Shown piece by piece: positions 27,287 to 27,579 of a stretch of 27,579 bases of DNA. Position 1 is the first letter of the stretch. Each line of letters starts with the position of its first letter. The notes beneath the pieces were generated by a model. It was not told the origin of the DNA and ran no database searches. It worked only from the letters and a program-made list of their open reading frames with translations. A program made the position numbers and the translations under genes. The stretch covers positions 1 through 27,579 of the forward strand of contig CAVZPM010000006.1 in NCBI GenBank assembly GCA_963777155.1, read 5' to 3'. The stretch is from Candidatus Bathyarchaeota archaeon. GTDB lineage: Archaea; Thermoproteota; Bathyarchaeia; Bathyarchaeales; Bathycorpusculaceae.

Positions 27287-27579
27287 TTATGCTATTGGTC
27301 CTGTTGGGTAGCGTCCTAAGGCATCCAGTATTTCTTCTGTTGTTGTCTTTTTGCCTACGTTTCGCACGAAGTCTGAGGAAACCACTATCCCAACCAGCTT
27401 ATCGTTTTTGAGAACCGGTAGTCTCCTTATCTTGTTTGCCAACATTACCCTTGCTGCTTCTCTAAGTGAAGTATCTGGACTTACTGTTATGAGTGTGTTA
27501 GTCATGACTTCCGACACTTTGAGGTCGAGGGAGCTGCGTTTTGCCACGATTCTTCTGACTATGTCGCGTTCGGTTATTA
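27287..27579 (-). CDS. CBS-domain protein, 5' end outside the window
   Basis: ITERDIVRR...VSEVMT...AARVM....IRRLPV....LVGIV; frame open to the window edge. Confidence 0.9.
   Translation of the reverse strand, partial: ITERDIVRRIVAKRSSLDLKVSEVMTNTLITVSPDTSLREAARVMLANKIRRLPVLKNDKLVGIVVSSDFVRNVGKKTTTEEILDALGRYPTGPIA

Noticed and set aside
168-27411. Numerous short antisense or alternate-frame ORFs in the track (e.g. 2165-2590, 4948-5247, 15507-15872, 17478-18005, 23636-23971, 26249-26527)
   Set aside because: They lie within well-supported genes and lack recognisable motifs; they are shadow ORFs.

Overview
Archaeal genomic window. Evidence: TFB, an archaeal-type tRNA-Ile(GAT), many TTG starts and TATA-like boxes close to start codons. 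Gene content is suggestive of Bathyarchaeia, but that is inference. Left part: end of a beta-CASP nuclease gene; a 530-bp region between convergent genes holding a cluster of spaced palindromes; a vsr / NgoPII-like endonuclease / C5-methyltransferase restriction-modification locus ending 2 nt before tRNA-Ile; then an accessory stretch with a PD-(D/E)XK nuclease, two membrane proteins, four toxin-antitoxin pairs and an alpha/beta hydrolase. Middle: a tusA-iscS-iscU-metal-binding microprotein-dsrE operon bracketed by an 18-bp perfect direct repeat, an M48 protease, another nuclease-like ORF, an RNase J-like beta-CASP protein, a GT28-like glycosyltransferase, a solo Cas4-like nuclease and a site-2 protease. 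Right part: ATP-cone/Mrr-like nuclease, TFB, SAM methyltransferase, a divergent pair (degenerate PLD-domain protein; DUF2400/TIGR02757-like domain fused to a PD-(D/E)XK nuclease) and a partial CBS protein. At least seven genes carry frameshifts that look like sequencing insertions. Best leads: the GAAGTWGTWGTYS-N18-inverted palindrome cluster (978-1337), the DUF2400-nuclease/PLD pair, a dispersed ~70-bp hairpin-ended repeat (6886 and 15033) and the direct repeat around the sulfur operon. All family assignments come from reading motifs by eye; no database search was run.
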